The position numbers were made by a program, and so were the translations under genes. A stretch of DNA of 64,000 nucleotides from Botryllus schlosseri. Its lineage: Eukaryota. The notes under the pieces are model-generated. The model had not been told where the DNA came from. It did no database searches and worked only from the letters and a program-made list of their open reading frames with translations. Positions 1 through 12,141 of this stretch are shown in pieces (position 1 is the stretch's first letter; each line of letters starts with the position of its first letter). The stretch lies in contig CM119381.1 of NCBI GenBank assembly GCA_051294905.1, forward strand, positions 2,170,001 through 2,234,000. The letters run 5' to 3'.

Positions 1-1049
1 GAATCAGACAAGGTATATACCTAGTAAATCCACCTGTAGACATACTATGACTGAGAGTTTCGCGGTATCGGTACTGCCGGAGCTGATTGGCCTTTGGTAA
101 TTACCAAGTACCGGTACTGCTTACAGTAGACTGCGCTCTTGCAGTTAAGCTTCAAGTTTTAAAATGGCCTCAAATCAGTCTAAATTCAATGAGGAAACAA
201 TTATAGATGCCAAAACACGCAATACCCGGACAAACTATTGCGGTGACATAGAGCTAACGATCAGTAACTGCTGACCAGTCGCTCGCAACTCGCGACAAAG
301 TAGAAAATTTTCAACTTTGTCGCGGAGTTGCGCAACCCTGTCGCAGACGGCATGTTGCGAGTTGCCGGCGACTCCGGTCTGTATGGTCCAGTCGCAGACA
401 GGCGCGATTCTCTCGTTTTATCGGGTCGCGAGCTCAGTGTGCAGAGGCCTTTATGCACACTGCACAGATCGTGTGTATGTATGTCACGAGTCGGTGTATA
501 CGCCGCCACAACATCAAGGACAAAATTATATAACGTCCTATTCCTCGGCGGCAGATGATACAGTGCTTTACAGTTTAAATGCGTAAGTATCCAGACGCAG
601 TGCATGTTGCTGTTCAATTGCGTTAGGTATATTCTTTCTCTATGTATTGTATGCACGGTGCGGTACATTACCGTTCAACGTGGTCCACGTCGGCGACATA
701 AATAGCACGCCGATTCCAGACGATCGATTCGTATCTGTGCGCCGGTTGAGTATATTTGAACCGGTTTGAACCAGAGGGCAACGCAAAGATAGCGCATCGC
801 GTGCCAACGATAGGATCGTCTAGATTTGATACTTCGCTCACATTAAATGCGATGCGTAGAGGTGTAGTTACCGTACAAATAAAACCACATTCACATATGC
901 CTGGCATCAAACCTGCACGATTATCGTTACTATGCGTTATACAGTGTAATCTGCAGTACGAAAGGTGCAGTGATTTGCAAATTCTGTGAAAGCAATCGAG
1001 ATTTACACTACGGGGATTATCTTCATCTTGAGGGCTGACTAGTGTTGAA

Positions 1050-2222
1050 GTCGCTGACGATCACTGCACAGCTAAAGGGTGTCTGCCGAACATATTCGGG
1101 TTTATTTCGATCCTAATATATTATTCGAATGACGTGTGTGTTATTTGCCGTAAATTGTCGTACACATTGATACCTCTGAGCTCAAAATGTCGTCAGAGCA
1201 ATGTAATGCAAGTTATGATTGAACTTTTACATTAAAGAAAGTCCCAAGCTAGTGTCAGCCGAAAACGTTCGGGATTATTTCAATATGAATATATTATTCA
1301 ACCGTGTAAAGTCTACATTGAGTCTTCCAAACGCTGATAAAACGATCGGTGCGCTACACGATTTGCGTAGAGCGTACTGCGGCACCGTTTGACACGGAAA
1401 CGGCGTCGTGTTAGCCATAATATTTGCCAGCGATGCAAAACACGATATTTCGTGTACGACAACGCTAATAGTCAGGCGATCGTCGGCGGATGTCGGACGG
1501 CCGCGATTACAAATTGTAATGTACAGCGTTTTGTGGATTAAGGCCGAAAACGCGGGGATTTCGGAGGGCAATCGGTCCGCGCATACTGGATTTGGATAAT
1601 CTCATATTCTCGGAAAACTGCTTCGTCAGACTGTACACTGTAGCGTCGTCCTGCTTTAGCGTTATTTATCCTATACAAAATCGCTACTCACGATAAATCG
1701 CAATCAGTCATACTGTGAGGTTGAAAAAATCCCGCCAATCATTCTCAAATCTACGTCAGACAATCAACGTTAAATGCGATTACAACGGGGAATACCTTTA
1801 ATTCCTCTCTCATTTAAAAAAAGGTTATGAATCGTAAGACACGACAATGCACACTTGAAGATACAAAACTTCAATATACAATTGAACACTATATCTGGTG
1901 AAACGGTTGTTGATATACATTGTTCTTCTCCATTAGTTCCTGAAGACTGCCCCTGACGAACGTCGGGCGAAATTTTCGGATTTTTCAATGAGAATGCGTT
2001 GAACGATATTTACATCCACACAGAAATAATTAAAAAAAGTTATTATGAAACACGAAAATGAAAAATCGAAGATACTTGGAGGTACAGAACTTCACAATTC
2101 AATTGAATATTATATTTTGTGATACTGTTGTTGATATGCAATGTTCATTCCAATTTTCCACTAGTAGATTACGATTACCTCTGACGAGTGTCAGCTGAAA
2201 ATATTTGGGTTTATCCCAATGA
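1050..2222. mobile_element. Cluster of four family A fragments (about 1050-1130, 1251-1301, 1855-1990, 2068-2222)
   Basis: Arm motifs GCTGACGAT, GTGTCAGCCGAAAA, TTCGGGTTTATTTC and AACTTCAATATACAATTGAA. Confidence 0.7.
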
Positions 2223-4069
2223 CAACGAATAGTTGCATACACACAACCGCATGACTTGAATCGTCTAGAAATCGAAACCGAATATAATCGTCTTCGCTTT
2301 TTGTATTTATCCACCTTCTTTGAAAGAGGCTATAATTTTCTGTTACTTCTTAAAATTACAGTGTCAAGTACCCTGCTGTGTGTTACGATATCAAGCGCGC
2401 AGTAACGTACCACCGGTGTCTGTGCTTATGCTCAAGTTGTTATTTATACCGTGAGTGCTTGACTCTCGACTGTGACGAACAGACGCAATGACTGCGTTTC
2501 AAACCTGTTATTTTATACCGCCGAACTTCAAGATGTCGGTGTACTTTCCGCGAAATGGTTTGTAAACATAGACGTGTCAAGAAGTAAACTTAGCGGATCA
2601 GGTGCTCGCGAAGTGGTCGAGGCTTCATCAACAAACACAGCCTCGAAAAAATCCAAGCTTCCTTATAAGGTGAGCGTTTACGCGCATTGCGCATCGTGCG
2701 ACTTTGTGTAATGCAATCTGCGATCAAAGATATGTCATCGTTTCCTTGGTACCGTTCAGTCTCATTGAACGTGACTTTCGTTGGTGAACTGTTGTTTTAA
2801 TAGCGACATAAAGCATTTTATTACTATAGGTTTCATATAGATCACGTGTGATTTTAAATATAATCTAATTTCTGATATTCCTGAAAATGCGACAGGAAAA
2901 CTGTGAACCGAGCTCAGCTTGGTGTAAAGACATTTGCCATTCTGGTGCTTGTGACAATGAACAATGATTTGATATGAGCTGAACTCGATTCACTGTACAA
3001 GTTATCGCGAATTCAGTAATCATAATTCTAATCAAATTAGGAAAAAAATTGTTTTGCTTTAATTATAATTATAATAATATAGTTCGGAATACTGAATGCG
3101 TTCAAGTAGGGATTGTCGCGTGTATTTAACAAGGCGCGGGAGCTGTTTTTACTAGTGTACCAATTACATATCATACAGTTCGTGGGATGTGAACATTTAG
3201 CTTCGTAAATGCTTAATATATTTCGATGTATAGGCTCCCGGCCATCATGTAGGTATTGAGTGTATGGACTATCGTCGCGTCGGGGCCCCGGTCGCGTCTG
3301 TAGAGCTCGTTCTGATTCCCGGATATGAATAACAAACGATTAGCCATTCAGTTGATGAGTATTGTAAGGATTGCTTTAGCTTGTATCGCTGCGGGCGTTT
3401 CAGATTAAAGGGAGCCTAGTTATTCACGGAAATTCCTACTCAAATAAAGTTTGCTTGCTATAGAACAAAAAAGAGTGTATCATGCAAAGTATTCTCCATT
3501 CATCATTGCATTTAACCAACAACAGCAACCGGGTATAATAATATTACACTGCTTCAGTGGCCTTACAGTGTCCGGTTTCTCACAGATAGTCACTCACAGA
3601 CCGAATGCGTTAAAACCTCTACGCTATATTATCCGCGCTAATCCTCGGCATTATATGCGGATGGTTTGGAATTTGGATTGTCAATTCCGGGGAAGAATGT
3701 GCATGGAGCGAATATACGAGTCCATACCTCTGTTTTGTTTTGTGGAATGCTCTATTTTCAAGCATATTCATAAATATATAATCTTACATATCACAGGGAC
3801 TCTATTTTATAGCGACACCTTGGTTGGCAGACAATCACAGTAGCAAAAATCCAGTGATAGACTTAATACAATTATAAACAACTAAAACAATGGCTCCAGC
3901 CTGTGGGCCACGATGATATAAATTGGTAATTTTTATGCTTACTGTAGTGGGTTTTAGACGCGATTCGGCGTTAGCCCTGCGCACGTGTTTAAAGAAGCGT
4001 ATGTGTTTGAAGAACACATACAAGAAATTTAACTGCAAACGCTACAAGATTGATTCATCAATACCAACC

Positions 4070-4340
4070 GCGGCCCGGCATCGTGGGCCCCGAGCCAACT
4101 CCAGGGCTGTAACTGCCGCACCCAAACCCCCCAATTCGGGGGGGGGGGGCGAGCTCGAAGGGGCCCAAAATTATTTCGTGGATTAACATAAATTATAGAG
4201 TATTTTCTGAACATTTATGCATCTTTTTCAGATTTCAAGTTGCTAAGTTTTTGATTTTGGGGTACTCTTCCCCAAGAAAAAATACGCAAGATTTATAGAA
4301 ATGGGTGTTGGCCATTACCGGGCCACGATGCACCAAGACC
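4070..4340. mobile_element. GC-rich DNA transposon remnant with a G-run
   Basis: Inverted pair GCATCGTGGGCCC (about 4078-4090) and GGGCCACGATGC (about 4320-4331) with an internal poly-G. Confidence 0.45.
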
Positions 4341-4725
4341 TATAAAGTTTTAGGCCATGTGACATGCGACTCCAAGAAGTGTGCCAGAACGACCAACAGC
4401 GAGAAAACCGTGGCCGAAAAGGGCTGCCCTTATGCTGACCGGAAACTTCGTTATATATACAAAATACATATAGTTTTAATTACGCGCCTAAATGACTGGG
4501 CGCCGAATGTCCCTGTCTTGGCAATCTGAACCCAGAGATATCTAAAACTTCAGTTCTAGATGAACCTCACAAGACACATGCCATCTCGCAGGGAAAAATT
4601 TTATGCCAGTGTAGAAATACCAATTTGAAATCGCTGCGTCTTTTAGTTTAGTAGCCTACGTTTGGGCGATTCTATATTTTTGATATAGCAGACAGGAGGT
4701 CACAAACGGGCCCAACAGCTTCCAT

Positions 4726-5386
4726 AACACCTCACTCAGCTCTACCGGTAAATCATATTACGTGAACAGAGAGGACAAGAAATTGATAGCAATATATAAG
4801 CAATTCCCGATCTTATATTGACCGATTTTATCATGAATGATCAAAAATTTTCGCGCTTCGCCCTGGCTCACTAGACAGTACGCCGAATTACGTGGCAAAA
4901 GCAAACAACGTGATTGGGGTAGGTTTATCACCCTATGGGAGCCCAAGACCTAAGTTTTTTTTTTGGGGGGGGGGGGGCTGGCGAAGTGCTGTTTTGTTCC
5001 TGCCAACGCGTATACGCCCGAAGATGTTTAATTATTTTTGAGGGGTCCTACCTTTTCAAACACACCTGCCTCAGCTCTCCCTGTCAATCTGATTACGTGA
5101 TCAGAGAGCGGATAAAAATTGATAGCAATATGTATGCAATTCCCGATCATATTGACCGATACAATCATGAATTATAGAAATTTTTCGCGCTTCGCGCGTG
5201 CGGGCGATAACAGCTGACGCAGCTAACGCCCCTCCCAACGTAGATGATAAGTAGCGATGAACAGTGTATAACATGAGGGAGGTCTGTGGGGCCAAGCCCC
5301 CCAGAAGTTCGGGTTATCATCATATGGGGGGGGGGGGCTAAAGAGCGACGTTGGGGGGGGCTGACGAAGTGCTATTACGGCCCTGC
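4726..5386. repeat. Diverged tandem duplication, unit about 335 bp
   Basis: CTCAGCTCT...ATTACGTGA.CAGAGAG...AAATTGATAGCAATAT...GCAATTCCCGATC...TTTTCGCGCTTCGC and (G)nCTG.CGAAGTGCT each occur twice. Confidence 0.75.
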
Positions 5387-7613
5387 TCACCACATTAACG
5401 AAAGCAATTAAGACACCACCCAAATGAATACAAAATGTCTTAGAAAGGCCGGGGACCTATAGAGCCAGCAGCTGTATGTTGGGGATCCCCGGTCCAGACC
5501 GGTGTCAGACTATTCTCCACAGGGCGCAGCGGGCAACGGTTTCATACGAGCGAATCTACTTGACGGCGAGCGAGACGTGAACACAACACTGACAAATTGA
5601 TTTTCATAGTCCCAGAACAAGTCTCAAGTAGCCTTATCTGATTACTTCCCACGCAGCTACCAAACAAAAACAGATATTCAATTATCAGTGCAGACTTTGC
5701 GTTGTTTATATTCAAATTGAAACATGAAAAATATACAGCATTGGCTCTGGGTTATTTTTGCGGGATATGATGGCCTCGTTCTTGTGTGCGTTGCGATCGT
5801 AATCTGGCCTGACAATTGTCAAAATAATCACCTAAAACAGGGTATCTGCGATGGGAATCTTCATCAATACGTGGGGATTTATATCTCCTCCGTAGACTGT
5901 TTATTGAGTTTGTAAAATGGATTAGGTTCAGACTAGACTTGAGATTTATCGATCTATGCGTCACTATAACAAGAGCAACGGGTTATCGTTTATATCAGTC
6001 CTTGAACGTGTAGTTGTAACAACGTTATGACTGCCCGTACAGACGAGGTAACACAGGTAAGACGCATATAAACCGCAGCGCGATTACAAAATTATTCATT
6101 ATTATACTACATAAGTTTTTAGCGATCATAATAACTCATGTCATATGGACACATTCTGCAAATTTCCTCAATAGAAATTGGTGTTGTTTTCAAGGAAACG
6201 GCGCCAGCGTGTCATTATGCGCCAATACCAGCAATCAACAGAAAATGACTCGGTCGTTTGCAGAACCATTGGCCAACAAGAAAACGTGTTGTTCGAACGC
6301 AAAGTGGAACATGTGCGCGCGTTCAGAATATATATGTTCTGATTTCACGACAGAATACTCTGGCGTGCCGATACTGAAAACATGAGGCGAATAGGTCACG
6401 TAAATTCGTATCATGATGGAGCATGACTTGAGTGAGACATATCAGTAAGTATATGGCTATCTCTCCGGTATCAACAATGATCAGCAGTGCGTTTGTCAGA
6501 CTACCCTTGCCCCTCAATACATCTTAAGTACGCTTTTAGGCATTTTGACTGGTCATATACCTTTTGTAATAATTCTTCCTATACATTTTTGTGATCAATG
6601 CGAACTTTTAAGCAGTGATACGGTTCATGTTACGAGTAGTTTCAGGTAATTTCCAAAATTCATTCTAGATTTATCCTTATGAAGTTTTAGATTATCTAAA
6701 AAATTCAGGATTCGGCATGCACTCCTGTTCTTATGAGAATATCATGTTGTTATAATCAATTTGTGTATTTCTCCCTGTCAATCTGACATCTATTACGGAG
6801 TCTGCATTAATCGATATCGCGAAGTATCCAGTAAAAAATCATATCGGGGATAAAATGATGTACAGTGGTGTGGGGAATAGGACTCACATGATCATATACA
6901 ATATAAATATGAATGTAAAATCCACGTGACTCCTTGTACGTACTCGTTAAGTATACTGTTTTAAAGCACCAAAACGGGTGATCGTTCTCTCTCAATCGTT
7001 ATGATGCGCTCGCATTAATAGCACATGTATCAATGAAAATCTCCGCATATGCCTCAGTCTTCTGCAAAAGCGTATATCATCATTCTATATCGTGACGTCG
7101 TACTTTCCTTTACTGACAATTCGTGAGCGTTCATCTCATGATTGTTGCAATGCGTGTCAGCTGTCATTCACGGTTTTGTACCGGATTAAGAACAGTGCAT
7201 TCCCGCCATGAGCATCATCATAAGCGCAACTGAATTATCGGCGATCGGTTCTGCGAAAATTCGCAAAACGAACGTGCCTTGATACATTTCTCCGTGTTCA
7301 ACATAAATCAGGTATTTTCATGCGCATTTGTGACAAGGCAGGCAAGCATGCGTCATTTATGTATGGTCTTAATGTATAGGTTGCAATGCGTCTACAATCT
7401 TTCCTGTGGACTTGCTGCTGGGGGCACATACACATAGTAGTCTTGGTATGCATTGTTACGGGCTGATCGCCTGTGTTGTCGTAATTTGCGTTCGTTTCCG
7501 GCGATAACCGCAGACACAAAACACATCTCAATTATTAGCGCAGTAAGTGCAGTGAAGCTTGTCATCTTGTGTCATTTTCGTCTCATTCCTATCAATATTT
7601 TATGACTCTACAC

Positions 7614-8765
7614 CAGTGGTTCTTGAACCTTTTTCCTCCAGCGCCCCCTTTCAAAAATTGTCTGGGTCTAGCGCCCCCTATTTTTTTTTTTTTTTTTTTT
7701 TTTTTCTAGCGCCCCCTATTTTAAGGACTGTAGCCAAAAACAATGGGAAATTGGTCGAAGTCCGGTAGGTCTTTTCGTTTTGGGACTTTACTACGGGAAA
7801 TATTTCGCGCTTGAATCACGCTTGAGTAATTAACGATATAATACTCGTATATGTGCTGTATTCGGGATCAAATCAAGGTTGTTATTTATAACGACCATCG
7901 GGTAGGCCCACCGGCTCATACCATCTGGTTCGAGATCGATTTTACCTCTGCGATTGGCAATATACGGGGAAGTTGATTGTATTGGTTTTTGTTTTATTGC
8001 TTAGTATTACTAGTAAATCAATTGAGAATGTCACAGAGATCCTTTCTCACATTGAATTTAGTACTGCACCCGGCTCCCAACTTTAAGATGAATGTATTGC
8101 AAACAAAGTAAACCATATTATATAAAGTTCACGCACGTTGTGGGTGACAAAACTAAACAGTATTATCATTTATGATCCGATGAAGAAATATTATGGCGAA
8201 TTAATTTTGTAGCTCTCAAATACAATTATATTTCGTTAATCATTTTGGCCGGGAAGCTTCAAATCATCTTCAATATACAAAGGGCATCAGTCACAAAAGT
8301 GGCACAGCAGCACCTCTTCGATTTCGACACGATATGCGCTGCAGGATAGAATAAGTATAGTCCGAAACCTTTTGTGGAAAATAACCCGAGCTAGCGTGAC
8401 GGAAGTGTTTTAACAGGGATTGGCAATCCAAAAGTACGCGCGATTCATTTTATATGAATTATAATAAACCACTGCGTTGGTGGAATTAGCGTATGTGTGA
8501 ATTTCGCGCGTTGCGCGACGAAACATTTCGAGATTTTGACAGATTTTGCCGAATTTCAATTTGTAATGAGGACTCAAGGATATATAGAACTATTGTTCTA
8601 TTATAAATTCATATGCCCCTACTACACCATCTACTGCAACGCCATTTTTCTTCAGCACCCCCCATACCGCCCACCGCCTCCCATATCGCCCTCTGTGCGT
8701 TTCCGCCCCCTTTAAAATCCGAATCGCCCCTTGGGGGGGGGGGGGGACAAGGTTAAGAACCACTG
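7614..8765. mobile_element. Non-autonomous hAT element
   Basis: TIRs CAGTGGTTCTTGAACCT and AGGTTAAGAACCACTG with subterminal CGCCCCC repeats. The flanking 8-mers do not match. Confidence 0.7.
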
Positions 8766-8825
8766 CATATGGCATTACCGAGTTGACACCTTGCTAAGTC
8801 TTTACGTGTTGTAAACCGTGTAAAG

Positions 8826-9409
8826 CAGACCTAGATGACTAGATAGAAATGCTTCTGTGCTCTAATTTTAATTATAATCTAATTTTTGGTTTTCCTGTAA
8901 ATGCTACAGGAAAACGGTACAGTGCGAAACGGGCCATGCTTGCTGCACAGGCATTTGCTATTCTCAATCTCATGCGAGAACGGACTATGATTTGATATGA
9001 ACTGAACTTAATTCAATGTCCGGTCCAAGTTTTCGTGATTTCAGTAATTCTAATTGCAACATAAATTGAAAAAAAAAACTGTGTAGCCATAATTCTAATT
9101 TCAATCTAATTTGGAAAAAACTGTGTGGTTGTGTTGTTGCTGTTTGCGGTATTCCTGGTGATTGTTTGTCGACTATAATGGTTATTTGCACCAGGCCGAT
9201 TTTCTTTATTTTGATTCTGTAGCTGCCGACTTGTAGTGCGGCCCACGTATAAGCTTTTTAAGACATTGCTTACGCGGATGAGATAGCGAGGTGAAGCCTA
9301 GATAACTTCCATCAATTAGGTAAGAATTCTAGAACTGTGCGGCTATAGCTCTATTGCTATTATTCTAATTCTAATCTAATTTGAGAAAGTCTATAGTCAT
9401 CCAAGTCTG
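8826..9409 (+). mobile_element. Family B MITE interrupted by a SINE
   Basis: TIRs CAGACCTAGATGACTAG and CTATAGTCATCCAAGTCTG. Core ...GCTACAGGAAAAC...GATTTGATATGAACTGAAC...TTCTAATCTAATTT. Confidence 0.75.
9129..9332 (-). mobile_element. SINE family C, 5'-truncated (tRNA head missing)
   Basis: The body matches the 24622 copy. 10-bp TSD AACTGTGTGG and AACTGTGCGG (9119-9128 and 9333-9342). Confidence 0.8.
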
Positions 9410-11712
9410 CTGTCTATAGTGCCCAAATATCCAGCGGTAACGGTGACTAAATGTGTCTCCTATATTCCTAGAGATATGCATTACTTGAGACTACCATATA
9501 AAGGACTGATGAGTGATGACAAGTCAATCTATTCTGCAGTTTCATGATTCATTTTCATGCCGTAGCTACTACAGCTGTACCACAATTTCAACAGTATGTT
9601 TATGATCTACTTCGTAAGTAGCCTATATGTTTTCCGTCGCCGTAAAATGGCTGTATACCAGACTTACTCTATTCATGAGGCTTGATTAACATCTAGCCAG
9701 ACTACGTCCAAACAAGACATAGTGTGATGCAATGTCATATCATTAACAGTGTGTTCTACCGTGAATTGTGATTTCAGCTTTAGCAAGAGTATCGCCATAA
9801 TTTAATTGTATGTAGTTTTGTTTTAGTGGAGCGCCGGAACTACGACAGCAGACGCAGTGAATATTTACGTTTACAAAGATTATCCAAATTATTCCGTGTA
9901 CTATGTCATTTCTCAATAACAGCATAATAGCCTCGGAACTGTAAAGCCATCCCTCGTGACCGCGCAAACTCATGGTAAACATGTATAATGTATTATTTCG
10001 AGCAGGTATCAAGTATGCCTGTAAATATCACGGTATTCTAGTCGCTATCTTTGCCGGTTCAAATGAGTTTACTTTAAGCCCGCGCGTGTCGAAGGTCATC
10101 TTGATACCTCAAAGATGGCTTGAACCTGATGAAATCAATATTTCAAAGTGACTTCAACCGTGGTTGGATTGACGGTTTGAAAACCATCGCGCTTCGTTGC
10201 CTGTATAATGCTTGCACCAGACATTTTGCATGATCATGAACTGATTATAACACGTCGATACGTACAGTAGTATATCGTCGTGTGAATTGGTTGAGTTTTT
10301 GCCTCAAACCACAGTAGGCAAGCCGGATAAAATTTTACCTGGCCGGGATTTGTTGCTGACGCTTAGATTAGATTGAAATTAGAATTACAGCTACGCAGTT
10401 CTATCCGAATTAGACTACGGCTAGAATTATACCTACTCATTTTCCGAATTATATTACAATTAGAATTCTAGTTAATGTATCGATTCTGTAATCCGGGCCG
10501 CCAAGTAGGCCTACTTCATTGTCCCATATTAGGCCCGCCGACCGGAGCAGTTGCCCGGAGCAGTTGCCCGCTGGCGTAAATGGTGCTATTTTCTTTGTGG
10601 TCGCATTGCACTATATGTATTTTATATGTACTGCTATGACCGCATGCTCAGTTGTGCCCGAACACTGGACTCGAATTTTGATACTCGATTCGGAATCAAA
10701 TGACAAGGTACCCAAAATTGCCTAGGCTTGCCTAGTATAGTCTACTACTGGATTACGAATGCATATTACATTTTACATTAACTCAATTTCTGTAACCAAA
10801 CATAGAATTCACCTGGTTTCAATATAGGCATTAGCCATTAAAGTCCAAGAATATCGCAATTACACAATTGACTGGTTGCCGCGCTGTGCAGCTACTAGGA
10901 TTGCTTTCACGCGCGCCTTCCACGAATTGGACGAGCCGCGCGTCACGTTAAAGAGCATCACATCGCAAAATACACTCGGAGAAATTGCAAGAGCCGTGAT
11001 TTCAATACTTTTCGCAGAATTCGCTACTTGTAATTATATATAGCCGTTGCTCGATCACGGCTGCTGGCTGTAAAAACTTTTTGAGATGTGTCACCCAAAA
11101 TGTTAATGTAACCGCGAAATATCAAGTGCCAAATCTTGTCAAGAAAAGTGCATTATATAACTTTTTATCCAATGATCGCTGTAAAAAACCGCACGCAGAA
11201 CCCACGACAGCTTCGTTGCATCGTGCATTTATTTAATGATGTACTGTAGGTTAAATTTTGTCAGCGTACATAAACTTTGACACATTGTGTATGTGTCAAT
11301 AGATTTTCCCTTGAGATTTCTGGTATATAGGTGCAGTATCAAGGGAAGATATCTTTGGAAGGCTGGATTCACGTATATATCGTAGTTTTTGTTTGGCTTA
11401 ATACACCGCAGCTATCGCCGAATTGATAAAATTACAATTTCTGAACGTCCCCTTGACATGTATTCTGGCATTATAGGCTCTACACGGCTTCCAATTTTAA
11501 CGAATCCATTACGAGATTATCTGCATCAGGGCCGTGTGTGGAGTCGGCTCGCTTTTCCAGACTTTAGACCCCCATTTCGTCTTCAAGACTTTATAAACAT
11601 CGACTCGGACTCGGGTTTTTCACAGAACTGCGACTTCGACTCCAACCTCGTTAGGAAATCGCATATATCGATCACCTGTTTTTTTTCCAAAATATTAAGA
11701 ATTTACATAATC

Positions 11713-12141
11713 TAGGGTTACCATACGTCCTCTTTTAAGAGGATTTGTCCTCTTTTTTGACTTTTTTTGAAAGCGTCCTCGGAGGACGCCCTTTTGTCGT
11801 CTTTTTTGAGATTTTGTCCTCTTTTTTGAAAATTTAGGTCATATTTAGATCAACATGCGAGTGATATGCCGTAAATTAGCACAGCAGTGACGCTGAAACG
11901 GTATTTTGAGCTCTGAGCGAAAAGATGAGGTTTTTTTAATTTTTTTTAGTCAACAACCTAGTAATGTGGAGGAAGAAACGGTATTTTGGGCTCTGAGCGG
12001 GAAAGTTCACCTTTTTTTTTAGTCAAACGATCACAAAGTGGGACAAGTTCACCGATTTTTGAGAATTCTTCTCTGGTTTTGCAAGTCTCAAGTTTCTGAA
12101 AAAGTATCCTCTTTTTAGGTTTCCAAAATATGGTAAACCTA
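11713..12141 (+). mobile_element. hAT (Blackjack-type TIR) MITE
   Basis: TIRs TAGGGTTACCATA and TATGGTAAACCTA, subterminal GTCCTCTTTT repeats, near-identical flanks ACATAATCT and ACATTATCT. Confidence 0.85.
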
